Origin: a virus
Length of the DNA stretch: 64,000 bases
Strand: one strand, 5' to 3'
IMG/VR virus record: IMGVR_UViG_3300020455_000892
Span: 18,032 to 82,031 of that record
Program-made: the position numbers and the translations under genes
Notes under the pieces: model-generated
Database searches by the model: none
The model's input: only the letters and a program-made list of their open reading frames with translations
Told to the model about the DNA's origin: nothing
In this document: positions 1-10,083 of the stretch, in pieces
Position numbering within the stretch: position 1 is the first letter of the stretch
How the letters are laid out: every line of letters begins with the position of its first letter

Positions 1-509
1 TTTGCGGCGGCTGTACCAGGTTCAAATTTTCCACTAGTACTATTCCAAACAATAGTTTGCCCATTTGTGGGAGGTGTTGTATTAGTATCAACATCAGTTA
101 AATCATTAATGCTCATACCTTCAATGGTTGCAAACAAAGACTTGTTCATTGTCCAACGATCATTGGTAGCATCGTATGTAAATGTTGCATTAGCTCCATC
201 TACAGTTAGTCCAGCTCCATCTGCCGCGGCGGCATTTGCCGATCCTTTGGCTACAGTGATATTAAGATCATCTACGTCAAGTGTTGTACTGTTTATAGTA
301 GTTGTTGTACCATCAACTTGTAGATTACCTTTGATTTGTAATAAGCCAGTTGCATCACCTACAGCCGCAGGATCAATAATAAATGTACTTGGACCTCTTA
401 GTTCACCTGTAAGTGTGATATTGTTGGAAATTTCTGTATCACCAGTACTTGGATCATGATCCACATTATTTGCAAAACTACCTAATTCAAAGTTCTTACT
501 TGTTGGCAT
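1..509 (-). CDS. Tail fibre/virion structural protein, truncated by the window edge (not in ORF track)
   Basis: Read by hand from ATG at 509: MPTSKNFELGSFANN...GNLQVDGTTTTINSTTLDVDDLNITVAKGSANAAAADGAGLTVDG. The same module occurs in ORFs 6361-7887 and 16477-17610. An AGGA Shine-Dalgarno lies upstream. Confidence 0.8.
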   Translation of the reverse strand, partial: MPTSKNFELGSFANNVDHDPSTGDTEISNNITLTGELRGPSTFIIDPAAVGDATGLLQIKGNLQVDGTTTTINSTTLDVDDLNITVAKGSANAAAADGAGLTVDGANATFTYDATNDRWTMNKSLFATIEGMSINDLTDVDTNTTPPTNGQTIVWNSTSGKFEPGTAAA

Positions 510-520
510 CTTTTATTCCT

Positions 521-763
521 TTATGATTTCCAATATGTACGACCAGTTGCTATTACTTCATTGATTCTTGTCAAACTTTTACCTGCTGTGGTATATTTGT
601 CGTCCAGTATCTCTGCTTCTAATTGCATTACTATACCTCCCACAGAGCTTTTTTTATCTGTGTCAGGTGCATCAGCCATTTTCATACCAGCGATAATATT
701 TTCTATTATATCACAACTGTGTAACATTCTCTGATAATCTCTGTCAAGTTCGTTAACTGCCAT
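521..763 (-). CDS. Small hypothetical protein (partner gene following a fibre gene)
   Basis: 80-aa ORF tightly packed between fibre genes, with a GGAGG SD upstream. Confidence 0.65.
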   Translation of the reverse strand: MAVNELDRDYQRMLHSCDIIENIIAGMKMADAPDTDKKSSVGGIVMQLEAEILDDKYTTAGKSLTRINEVIATGRTYWKS

Positions 764-765
764 TT

Positions 766-3102
766 TTAACCTCCATTTTTCAATGTATTTACTTCAGCTT
801 GTAAGCTGTCAACTTTAGCTGATAATTCTTGTATTGCTTTAATTAGTATTGGATATGATTGCATAGGTGCCGCAAGTAATTTGCTAGGATCCTCATCATT
901 GACCATGTGAGTTCTATTTTTTGTGTTGAAATCCATTTCAACTTCTTGCAGTTCTTGTGCTATAAATCCTACTTCTTTTCTAGTACCTAGTGTACCATCT
1001 CTGCGATTCCAAGTGAATTGTACTGGTCTCATTGCTTTGATAAAATCCAGTCCAAGTGTCAAATCTTGTATATCTGTTTTGTCTCTTTCGTCTGATAATG
1101 CACTGATAGATTGTACATTACATGTAAAACTTGTAATATTAGCATCTCCTAGTACAATAGTATTGGACATACTATCACTTGTACTTTGTGCGAGAGCACC
1201 AATAATTGTATTGTTAGATCCACTGATTAAATCATTTGAACTAGTTTGTGCCGCGGCATATCCAACGAATGTATTATTACTTCCAGTGGTAAGATCAAAT
1301 CCTGCATTATTGCCTACGAATGTATTATTATTACCGCTTTCTACGTTGCGACCAGCTCCTCTGCCACAGGCGGCATTATGTGCTCCGTTGGTTAGATCTC
1401 TAAGAGAATCCACACCAATTGCGGTGTTATAGCTACCACTACCTCCTGCATAACCTGAGGCATATCCTATGAAAGTACATTGATCTCCGCCATCCATGTC
1501 ATAGCCAGCATATCCTCCAACCAATGTAGTATAGTCACTTTGATTATACATACTAGAACCAGCATATGATCCTAAACTTGTACCATTTGTATGACCGTGT
1601 TTAGTATTATAACCTAAACTAACTCCATAACTACTGTTATTGTAGTAGCTTCTAGCATAACTGCCTATTTGTGTGTTATAATCGCCAGTTGCAGTGTATT
1701 GACCTGCTCCAACGCCAATAAAAGTGTTGTATTGTAGACTGGCGGCAGAACCATGTGTGCCTACGTTTATACTACCTATTGCTGTATTGTAATTATGACC
1801 GGTTCCAACTCCCAGAACACTTTCGCCTATAGCAATGTTGCCACTGCCGGTTGTTTCTGAGTCTATGCAATTCTTACCTATCGCAAAATTCCTATCACCT
1901 GTTGTCAGAGCAGTTAAATTTTGATTACCAATAACTATATTTTTGATTGCACCAGCTTCGATGCTAGCCATTGGTTGTCCTGTGGCTCCATGAGAAATAA
2001 TTAAATTTCCATTATCATTAGCAGGATCACCGCCTAGGTTTTCGTTTGTTAAAACTGTGTTGATATCAAGTACGTTTGCATCAAACATATTGTATGCAAT
2101 TACATCTACAAGATCATTTTGGTAGAGATTGCTAGCAAACACAACACTGTTTCCTGTGGTTGCTTGATAATCTTTGCCTGTACCTTCTTGTTGTTTAACA
2201 CCATTAACAAATACTTCAACTACATTGTTTCCAGCAGTATAACTTAGTGTGTTGCCATTTACGTCAGCACCACTTACGCTGGTCACTGTACTAGATATTT
2301 CATATATGTATTTTGCATAAGCAGTTGAGGGTCCACCGATACCTAAATCTGCTGGAGTAATTTTTTTCAACACACCGCCGTCGCTGATTAAAATATGATC
2401 TGCGTCACTGCTACTAGTTGAAGTTGCTCCAACATCTGCATTTCCGGTAGTGACCACAGTACCACTAGCATCAGGTAGTGTGATTGTTTTGTCTGAAACA
2501 GTAGGGTCTTCAACAGTTAAGGTTGTTTCATAAGCATCACCTGTACTTCCTTCAAATCTTAAAGTTTTTCCAGTAGTTAAATAAAGACCACTAGAAGTAA
2601 TACTTGCAACATTACCATTACCATTATTAAAAAATATAGAATAACCAGCTTTTGCATTTATATAAGTTGAACCACTAGCATTTGCTAATAGTGCATAATC
2701 ATTTATTGAAGTACGATCTACATGGCTAAAAGTAGCATTATCTGAAGTTGGTGAATGTATTAATGCTCTGCCTAATGAAGCTGTTGCGTCTGTATCTGCA
2801 TCTACTGATAGAGTTCCAGTAATAGTTTGACTATTCAAGTCTAATTGACCACCCAGTTGTGGCGTAGTATCATCTACTAAATCTGACATGCTACCGCCAC
2901 CACCACCAGCGCCTGGTTCCCATTGACTGTTAGCATTTACCCAAATCAGTGTTTGACCATCTATTGCTCCACTTTGATGCAGTTTGGCGGCAGTTATTTC
3001 ACCGTCATTGATATCTGCTAATGTAATAGATCCTGTAGCCAACAAGTCGGCTGTAATAGCATCTATTTCAATTGATGTTGTTTTTAATTTATTTAAAGGC
3101 AT
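766..3102 (-). CDS. Tail fibre protein with C-terminal intramolecular chaperone (peptidase S74 type)
   Basis: SDERDKTDIQDLTLGLDFIKAMRPVQFTWN...GFIAQE motif and a terminal coiled coil; ~14-aa NT(A/F)(I/V)G beta-roll repeats; DDTTPQLGG motif. Confidence 0.85.
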   Translation of the reverse strand: MPLNKLKTTSIEIDAITADLLATGSITLADINDGEITAAKLHQSGAIDGQTLIWVNANSQWEPGAGGGGGSMSDLVDDTTPQLGGQLDLNSQTITGTLSVDADTDATASLGRALIHSPTSDNATFSHVDRTSINDYALLANASGSTYINAKAGYSIFFNNGNGNVASITSSGLYLTTGKTLRFEGSTGDAYETTLTVEDPTVSDKTITLPDASGTVVTTGNADVGATSTSSSDADHILISDGGVLKKITPADLGIGGPSTAYAKYIYEISSTVTSVSGADVNGNTLSYTAGNNVVEVFVNGVKQQEGTGKDYQATTGNSVVFASNLYQNDLVDVIAYNMFDANVLDINTVLTNENLGGDPANDNGNLIISHGATGQPMASIEAGAIKNIVIGNQNLTALTTGDRNFAIGKNCIDSETTGSGNIAIGESVLGVGTGHNYNTAIGSINVGTHGSAASLQYNTFIGVGAGQYTATGDYNTQIGSYARSYYNNSSYGVSLGYNTKHGHTNGTSLGSYAGSSMYNQSDYTTLVGGYAGYDMDGGDQCTFIGYASGYAGGSGSYNTAIGVDSLRDLTNGAHNAACGRGAGRNVESGNNNTFVGNNAGFDLTTGSNNTFVGYAAAQTSSNDLISGSNNTIIGALAQSTSDSMSNTIVLGDANITSFTCNVQSISALSDERDKTDIQDLTLGLDFIKAMRPVQFTWNRRDGTLGTRKEVGFIAQELQEVEMDFNTKNRTHMVNDEDPSKLLAAPMQSYPILIKAIQELSAKVDSLQAEVNTLKNGG

Positions 3103-3136
3103 TTATTGCGTCCATCTGCTATACATATTTAGCGGA

Positions 3137-4396
3137 TTATCCCGCAACTGTGAACTCGTAGAAATAAGTATCACTTGTTAGCCCTTGTGCATCAACATCG
3201 AAGAACCAGCTTTTGTAATCATTATTTCCAAAATATCCAATTTGACTGCTTACGCCGCCTGAAATAGTAAATGTTTTACTAGGACTAAACGGAGCTCCTA
3301 CTGTAATAGTATCGCCCGCTGTCTTATCATCTAATGCATTTCGAAGATTTACTGCTAGTGTAGATTGTGATTGTCCACCTATTATTTGTTGTCTAATCCA
3401 TATCTGTGTATTACTTGTTGTACTAGTTGATGCAGTTCTCCATTGTCCATGTGTTATAGAAGATGCAGAATAATATTCACCTCCTGTATAATTTTGATAT
3501 GAATGATTAAAAGGATTGGTTACTCCCCATACTATTCTAACTGCTCCGTGTGCTCCGTTACGCATACCTTCGTTGTGGTATCCACCTGCGGCTCCACCTC
3601 CGTAAAGTCCACCAGTGCCTGCGGGCCATGCCGCGGCATCACCGCCTCCAGCACCACCTGTAGCCGGAGGATATGGATAAGTGCCGTATTCACCACCTTG
3701 TCCATCATTTGCATTATATCCAGTAGGACCGTCGAGACCAACACCTCCGCCACCTCCAGCATAAGAGCCACCAGTAGGTCCACCAGCACCTCCGCCACCT
3801 CCGTATCCTATAGATCCTCCAGATGTTGTCCATGCTATCTGTCCTGTATCACCACCAGGTCCGCCTGCTCCAGTGTAGCCTCCTGCTCCACCTCCGCCTC
3901 CTGGACTATGATATTGACCTCCTGTACTATCTCCACCATCGCCGCCGTTACCACCGCCTAGTCCGTTAAACTCACCGCCAGTCCCTCCTGCTTTTAATCC
4001 GCTTTCATTTAAAGCTCTACTTGCTCCATTTCCTCCACCATATCCGGCAACAGTTTGTTCATTGATGAAAGAACTGTCGGCGCCACTAGCACCACCAGAT
4101 CCACTGCCAACTACTACTGTATAGCTTTGTCCAGGAGTTACTGCTATATTATTTCTATAAGCAAGACCGCCTCCGCCTCCGCCTCCAGCGTAACCATATG
4201 TTATACTACCCGGTGCAGATCCTCCTCGTCCGCCGGCTCCAACAGCCACAACGTGTACTGTGGTTACACCAGCTGGTGCTGTCCATGAATCTATTCCAGG
4301 AGTTGTAAATATTTCGTCACTTCCACCAGCGGCTCCAGATGATCCACCTATACCGCCGAAAGCTCTAACACTTGTTGCTGAACAAATTATAGGCAT
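3137..4396 (-). CDS. Glycine-rich virion/adhesin-like protein
   Basis: FTTPG..WTAPAGVTTVHVVAVGAGG start, many GGGGG tracts and a GAVRIVW end, typical of phage glycine-rich domains. Confidence 0.7.
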   Translation of the reverse strand: MPIICSATSVRAFGGIGGSSGAAGGSDEIFTTPGIDSWTAPAGVTTVHVVAVGAGGRGGSAPGSITYGYAGGGGGGGLAYRNNIAVTPGQSYTVVVGSGSGGASGADSSFINEQTVAGYGGGNGASRALNESGLKAGGTGGEFNGLGGGNGGDGGDSTGGQYHSPGGGGGAGGYTGAGGPGGDTGQIAWTTSGGSIGYGGGGGAGGPTGGSYAGGGGGVGLDGPTGYNANDGQGGEYGTYPYPPATGGAGGGDAAAWPAGTGGLYGGGAAGGYHNEGMRNGAHGAVRIVWGVTNPFNHSYQNYTGGEYYSASSITHGQWRTASTSTTSNTQIWIRQQIIGGQSQSTLAVNLRNALDDKTAGDTITVGAPFSPSKTFTISGGVSSQIGYFGNNDYKSWFFDVDAQGLTSDTYFYEFTVAG

Positions 4397-4405
4397 TTTA
4401 TCTCC

Positions 4406-6364
4406 TTATGCAAATTGTGTAAATGTACCATAAACTTCAAACTGTGAGGCGCCTGTTTTTACTATACTGAAAGTATACCAATCATCACTACTAGCATTGC
4501 CACCACTTGGTGCAGTACCACCTGACCATTTAGGTGTAACTGAGCTACCATCAATTTGTACAGCGTTTATGTAATAAGGAGTTGTACCATTTTGAAATGA
4601 TACTGCTATTGTTCTAACTTCATTAGTAGCCATACTATTATTAAATGTAGTGCCACTGTCGCCACTTATACTCAATGTTCTATTGTTATTTTGATCTACA
4701 TTCAGTCTTAAAATTTGATAATCGTTAGCAAAGAAAGTAATAGTACCAGCATTGGTATTTGAAGTAGTTGACTGTTCTATTAGACTTCCTACAGTTCCAT
4801 ACTCAGAGGAAGTTGTTACAATGTTTTTCCAAGCACCATTTTCTGAAACGTAGGTTTTATTCAAAGTACTATCATAAACCAAGTCTCCGTCTGCTAGTGT
4901 AATTAAATTTCTGTTTGTTGTTGATACATTGTACAATCTTAAAGGACTTTGACTAACATGTACTCTACTGCTAGTATCAGCTTCTAGTGTAATACTACTG
5001 GCACTTGTTAATACAGGAGCACCTGCTTGACTACTAGTGAGTGTACCTGTTACTGTTAAATTATCATCAACTGTAACTGTAGTTCCACTACTGGTTATTG
5101 TACTACCGCTAAAACTTATATCGCCTGTTGTTGCACTTGGGCCTAGTATTTTTATAGTTCCATTCATACTACTGTGTGCATTACAATAGTAATACAATTC
5201 ACTAGGAGCATCCATTGGAGGTATAAAGGTTACTGTACCACTACCATTATTATTACTAACACCTGCGTTGTATAAGGAACCGCCCGCAGTGTTTTGGCTT
5301 TGTATTCTAAATGGGTGACTGCTACTAATATTAGTAAATTTGTATTTTACGCCTCTCGACAAGTAAAGCGTAGGATTGTTTGTAGCACCACTAAAAAAGT
5401 GATTACCTCCAGCAAATATATAGTTAGGCGATGAACTGCCTGATAAACTAAAACTGTATTCAATAGCATTTCCGTTGACATCTAAATCACCACCAAGTTG
5501 AGGTGTCACGTCATCAACTACATCTCCTCCAGAACCAATGTCACTGTAGGTTGCGCCGTCATTTGTAAACTCCCATTTATCAGTGGTTTCGTTCCATCTA
5601 ATATCAACATTTGAACTTGTGCCTCTTTCAACAGCAATACCTGCATTTTGACTTGGTGTGCCTGTTTCGTCATTGTTGAGTGTGATAATATTGTCGCTTA
5701 CTGTTAGTTCAGTTGTGTTAATCGTAGTTGTAGTTCCATTAACTGTAAAGTCACCACTTACTGTAAGATTGCCTGTTACTTCTATACCTGTTGATATTGT
5801 TTTAAATTTTTCAATTCCATAATGATATAATATTGCTTCGCCAGTTGATCCATCTGCCTTAAAGTAATTTGCGATACTACCGACGCCATCATCTGAAACT
5901 ATTGTAACATCTGCATCGTCAGCATAAGTTCTAATAACAATATCGCCAGTATTCACATTAACAACAAATCTTGTACCAGTATGTTTGATATTTGCATCAT
6001 CATTACTTCCAAACACAACTTCATCACTGTCAGCCATTTTAATGTTACTGCCGTTTGATAGTAGATTACCACCTAGCTGTGGAGTCGTATCATCAAGCAC
6101 ATCATTCATTGTTCCGCCGCCACCGCCACTTACTTGTGACCAAGCAAAGCTGGTAGTTGCATGATCGTATTTTAAATAATACCCATCGTTACTGGCACTT
6201 ACTGCGGCTACATCTGCTATGTCTTGTAAATGTATATTGGAAATTGTACCATTTGCATCCAAATCAGTTGTTTGGATCATATTTGCAATATATTTGACTC
6301 CGGCACCGTGTGTGTAATCTTCACCTGCAAATTGAAAATCTGCTTTATCTCTTACTCTACTCAT
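4406..6364 (-). CDS. Tail fibre-like protein with an internal cupredoxin-like domain
   Basis: Two DDxTPQLGG motifs; GDFTVNGTTTTINTT module; NPTLYL...HPF...YYYCNAHSSMNGTI. Confidence 0.75.
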   Translation of the reverse strand: MSRVRDKADFQFAGEDYTHGAGVKYIANMIQTTDLDANGTISNIHLQDIADVAAVSASNDGYYLKYDHATTSFAWSQVSGGGGGTMNDVLDDTTPQLGGNLLSNGSNIKMADSDEVVFGSNDDANIKHTGTRFVVNVNTGDIVIRTYADDADVTIVSDDGVGSIANYFKADGSTGEAILYHYGIEKFKTISTGIEVTGNLTVSGDFTVNGTTTTINTTELTVSDNIITLNNDETGTPSQNAGIAVERGTSSNVDIRWNETTDKWEFTNDGATYSDIGSGGDVVDDVTPQLGGDLDVNGNAIEYSFSLSGSSSPNYIFAGGNHFFSGATNNPTLYLSRGVKYKFTNISSSHPFRIQSQNTAGGSLYNAGVSNNNGSGTVTFIPPMDAPSELYYYCNAHSSMNGTIKILGPSATTGDISFSGSTITSSGTTVTVDDNLTVTGTLTSSQAGAPVLTSASSITLEADTSSRVHVSQSPLRLYNVSTTNRNLITLADGDLVYDSTLNKTYVSENGAWKNIVTTSSEYGTVGSLIEQSTTSNTNAGTITFFANDYQILRLNVDQNNNRTLSISGDSGTTFNNSMATNEVRTIAVSFQNGTTPYYINAVQIDGSSVTPKWSGGTAPSGGNASSDDWYTFSIVKTGASQFEVYGTFTQFA

Positions 6365-7887
6365 ACTGGCATATACCTTAGATCTATTTGTTGTCCGTTA
6401 AGCGGAGCACTACCAAATGTAAGTGTTGTTCCGCTTACACTATAATCAGCTGGAGGAAGTATAAGTCCATCTAATATTACAAGAATGTCAGCTGAAGTAT
6501 GTCCTGCTTCTATAGTAAAATCAGTTAGTGTTCCGTTACCTGTGTACTGATTACTTGTATATGTTAAGTTCAGTTTTACATTTGTAACAGTGCCATCGCT
6601 AGGTGCACCAATATTATTAAGTATTCCATATCCTCTGGCTTCAACTATTTGTCCGTTACTTGGTGTTCCACCAAGTGTTAAACTTGTGCCACTTAATGTA
6701 ATGTTGCTGTTAAGCTGTGGAACTCCATCTACAAATATCAATAAATTTGTTTTTGATCCTGGATCTTGACTAAGTGTAAAACTTGCTGATCCGCCATTTG
6801 CTGTAAACTCGTCTACAAAACTGTTTGTGGTATTAATATTAGATGGAGAAATTAAACCTGGTTGATATTCACCAGCACTTTGGTTGTAAATTAAAACTCT
6901 ATTGTCTGCCAATCCAGTATTGACAACATCACTTAAATCATGTATACTTTTTGTTGCAAAGTCAGTATTGAAGTTACCAGTTGCATATCCATCTCCTGCA
7001 ACAAATTTACTGCTCGAACTATTGTATACAAGTATTTGACCATTTGTGATACCTGTAGTATCAATTTTTGCGGCAAAATCAGTGTTAAAATTTCCTGTAT
7101 CATATGGAACAGCTGGCACAAATTTATTGACATCCCATACAAGCATATTGCCTTGTGAAGGTGCGTTGGTAGTTATATCAACATCACTTAATTCACCAAT
7201 ACTATTTGTGCTTAAACTTGTTACACTACCAGAACTACCACTTGTATTTCCTGTAACATTACCTATTACATCTCCAGTAAGATTACCATGTACTCTAGAA
7301 ACTGTAAGTTCTCTATTTAGGTTCCATCTATTATTACTAGCTGAATATGTAAATGTAGCTCCAGAACCATCAACTGTGAGTCCTGCGCCATCAGCGTCTA
7401 GTGCAGTAGCCGCACCACTAGCTATAGTAATATTAACGTCATCTACGTCTAATTGGGTACTATTTATAGTGGTGGTAGTTCCATTCACGGTCAAGTTACC
7501 ATCAATGACTGCATTACCCGCCATATGCAAGTCTTTCCACTTTTTAGCTGTACTACCTATGTCTCTTAAATTATTTTGATCTGGTATCAAATCTGATGTA
7601 AGATTAGATGTATCAACAACTGCATTTAAGGTAAGTTGATTATTAGCATCATCATAGTTTACTGTAATATTGTTACCAGCTTGTATTAATGATCCGACTC
7701 TATCGTCAATACTTTCGTTGGTTGCATACAAGTTTGTTGTACCTTGTGCAACATCATCACTATCAAATGCAGTGTTAACACGGATCAACGCTTCCCAACT
7801 GCCAGAAGTTGAATTGTATTGCCAACCTCTGCCTAGTGCTACGAATGTTTGTCCATTAGTTGGATTTGTAGGAAAATTTATTGCCAT
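6361..7887 (-). CDS. Tail fibre/virion structural protein
   Basis: MAINFPTNPTNGQ start; shared DGAGLTVDG module; two C-terminal (F/Y)TxNG...F/L-x-DG beta-sandwich repeats. Confidence 0.75.
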   Translation of the reverse strand: MAINFPTNPTNGQTFVALGRGWQYNSTSGSWEALIRVNTAFDSDDVAQGTTNLYATNESIDDRVGSLIQAGNNITVNYDDANNQLTLNAVVDTSNLTSDLIPDQNNLRDIGSTAKKWKDLHMAGNAVIDGNLTVNGTTTTINSTQLDVDDVNITIASGAATALDADGAGLTVDGSGATFTYSASNNRWNLNRELTVSRVHGNLTGDVIGNVTGNTSGSSGSVTSLSTNSIGELSDVDITTNAPSQGNMLVWDVNKFVPAVPYDTGNFNTDFAAKIDTTGITNGQILVYNSSSSKFVAGDGYATGNFNTDFATKSIHDLSDVVNTGLADNRVLIYNQSAGEYQPGLISPSNINTTNSFVDEFTANGGSASFTLSQDPGSKTNLLIFVDGVPQLNSNITLSGTSLTLGGTPSNGQIVEARGYGILNNIGAPSDGTVTNVKLNLTYTSNQYTGNGTLTDFTIEAGHTSADILVILDGLILPPADYSVSGTTLTFGSAPLNGQQIDLRYMPV

Positions 7888-7911
7888 ATGTATATCCTAG
7901 TCTGTTATACA

Positions 7912-7919
7912 TATTTATG
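7912..7919 (-). promoter_or_regulatory. Late promoter variant CATAAATA
   Basis: Upstream of 6361-7887, within a 19-bp sequence duplicated at 12132-12150. Confidence 0.65.
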
Positions 7920-7925
7920 TTTAAG

Positions 7926-8219
7926 TTAGATGTCTTCTACTTTTTCTCTAGCTTCTTGTCTTTTGGTCAAAACATCATCAGGTATAGCTTTGCCAGTTTC
8001 TGCTTTTCTAGTCACATACCAATCTGTTTCTGTTAGGTATTTCCTAGCTTCATAATTTTCCATTGCTACTAAATTATTGGCAATTTCTTCTGCTGTAGGT
8101 TCTTGTCTTTCTAACTCAGGCATGTCTTCTACAGTATCACCTTCCTCTACAATGCTGTCTAAGAATGCTTCTACCACATAAGTTACTGTACCATCTGCTT
8201 TTGTAACTTTTTTTGTCAT
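7926..8219 (-). CDS. Putative tail fibre assembly chaperone
   Basis: ARKYLTETDWYVTR...IPDDVLTKRQEARE resembles phage tail assembly chaperone motifs; coupled to the upstream fibre gene by a TAATG overlap. Confidence 0.6.
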   Translation of the reverse strand: MTKKVTKADGTVTYVVEAFLDSIVEEGDTVEDMPELERQEPTAEEIANNLVAMENYEARKYLTETDWYVTRKAETGKAIPDDVLTKRQEAREKVEDI

Positions 8220-9790
8220 TAGTATTGCCTTCCTGTACTACCGTTCCATGTATATTGAGTGAGTGTAAGTGGACTATTTCCAGTAATTGTATCAGTGCCT
8301 CCAAAAAACAAATAGCTACCCCATCTATTACCAGTACCACCTGCACCTGTATCAATTACTAGTTCAACTCTATTTTGAATATTTTGGTATACTGCTACAC
8401 AATGCCCACTAACTGCACTAGAATACAAACCTGCCTGACCAGCGGTGTTATAGATGTATCCACCGGCGCCTCCACTCCTGTATCTTCCGCCATAATCATA
8501 ACCTAAGAAATGAATGTGTAACATATCTCCACCTTGTGCTTGAAACTGTACATGCATGTATTGACCACCACTGCCATTATTACTAACACTACAAATTGGA
8601 AATGTCATATCTCCTTGTTGACCTACTTCAGGATAAAATACTACACCATTATTTCTAAATTCAATATTTTTTCTTCCGCCACCTAATAAGTTAATAGTGT
8701 TGGTGCTTCCTGTTGCACCACCAATGTTAATATTATCGGGTGAATAAAACCAAACTTCTCCAGCATTAGCGCCATGAGCACCATAACTGGAACCTAGTAC
8801 TGCTATATCAAGTGTAGCACTACCATCACTGTTATCAACATATATGCCAGATGCTGTAGCACTGGCTCCTCCAACATTCAAACCTGTGTTGGTTCTAGCA
8901 TTTGAATTTATTCTCACTGAAGTAGTTGTATTAGTTGCAAGATCTAAATTACCATTTGTATAAAATATTGCTTCGTCATTACCTACACCATTGTAATTAA
9001 ATCTCAAAGTATCATCATTGTAAGTGTATACATACCATTGATTTGTTTGGTCATCTATAGTTCTTAACCGTAGATGTTGATCTGCTACTATGTCTCCATT
9101 AAACTCACTAACACCACCATGAGTAACAATAATAGCACTTCCTGCTAGATCTAAATTACCACCATCATAGTTAATATGTAGCGTTTGACTAACATCACTG
9201 GAGTCATAAAAGTTAAGCTCGTTAGTATCTTTTAAAGACAAATAGTTTGTGGTTACTCCATTAACAGGATGAATTTTTCCACTAAAACCAGCTGATGTAG
9301 TAATGCCAGTAATATTAACATTACCGCTACTGTCTGCTGTGAGTAATGTGCCATCAGCATCTGGAAAGTTTATAGCTCTACCCGCAGTTAAATCATTTAC
9401 ACCTACAAATAGATCATTTGTCGTTCCTTTGTGGTCAACCCATCCTAATTTAGGATTATAACCTTGGAAATATATATCACCCCAACTGTTCATAAACATA
9501 GTTTCTTGCAAGGTGCCTTGCCTCATACTCATAAATTGAAGTCTTCCGTTTTCAGTACCATCTGCTACATCTTCAATTTGAGAATTTATCCGAAAATACT
9601 CTATACTTTCATCTGCATCGTTTCTTCCTGTGAATACTATCGTACCAGTTTTATCCCAATTGGCAGGGCTTGCTGAATTTCTGTCAAGAGTTATAATTGG
9701 GCCTACATCAGAACCAGCATCAGTTGATCCTAAGGTAAGTGTATCAAATGATAAATCTGCTTGATTTGCTAAATCTCTTGCCCTAGTCAT
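8219..9790 (-). CDS. Tail fibre/receptor-binding protein
   Basis: MTRARDLA N-terminus, G/T/N-rich beta-strand composition, located in the fibre cluster. Confidence 0.7.
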   Translation of the reverse strand: MTRARDLANQADLSFDTLTLGSTDAGSDVGPIITLDRNSASPANWDKTGTIVFTGRNDADESIEYFRINSQIEDVADGTENGRLQFMSMRQGTLQETMFMNSWGDIYFQGYNPKLGWVDHKGTTNDLFVGVNDLTAGRAINFPDADGTLLTADSSGNVNITGITTSAGFSGKIHPVNGVTTNYLSLKDTNELNFYDSSDVSQTLHINYDGGNLDLAGSAIIVTHGGVSEFNGDIVADQHLRLRTIDDQTNQWYVYTYNDDTLRFNYNGVGNDEAIFYTNGNLDLATNTTTSVRINSNARTNTGLNVGGASATASGIYVDNSDGSATLDIAVLGSSYGAHGANAGEVWFYSPDNINIGGATGSTNTINLLGGGRKNIEFRNNGVVFYPEVGQQGDMTFPICSVSNNGSGGQYMHVQFQAQGGDMLHIHFLGYDYGGRYRSGGAGGYIYNTAGQAGLYSSAVSGHCVAVYQNIQNRVELVIDTGAGGTGNRWGSYLFFGGTDTITGNSPLTLTQYTWNGSTGRQY

Positions 9791-9795
9791 AATTG

Positions 9796-10077
9796 TTATC
9801 CTTTAGCGTCTAATTCATCATCAAATTCAGCGTTGCGTTGTGCAACTGTTTTGGTCCAACCTCTATCAAAAGCGTCCAATACTATTTCATCTTTAGAACC
9901 AGGCACTGTAATTCCTTCTTCTAAATATCTGTCAACAGTAGTACTATATATTTCATTATATGCTTCTCTGCATCTTAACTCTATTGCACTTTTTGCCCAT
10001 TCAGCAGGATCTAATGCCGCTGATTCTAATGCTTTGTACATTGCATCGCTTATTTCAGTTGTAATTGTTTTTGTCAT
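9796..10077 (-). CDS. Small hypothetical protein, paralog of 14318-14596
   Basis: TITTEISD...EWAKSAI...DEIVLDAFDRGWTKT aligns by eye with ITVTISD...VWADAII...DAQITQAYDLGVVKT. Confidence 0.7.
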   Translation of the reverse strand: MTKTITTEISDAMYKALESAALDPAEWAKSAIELRCREAYNEIYSTTVDRYLEEGITVPGSKDEIVLDAFDRGWTKTVAQRNAEFDDELDAKG

Positions 10078-10083
10078 TTTTCC

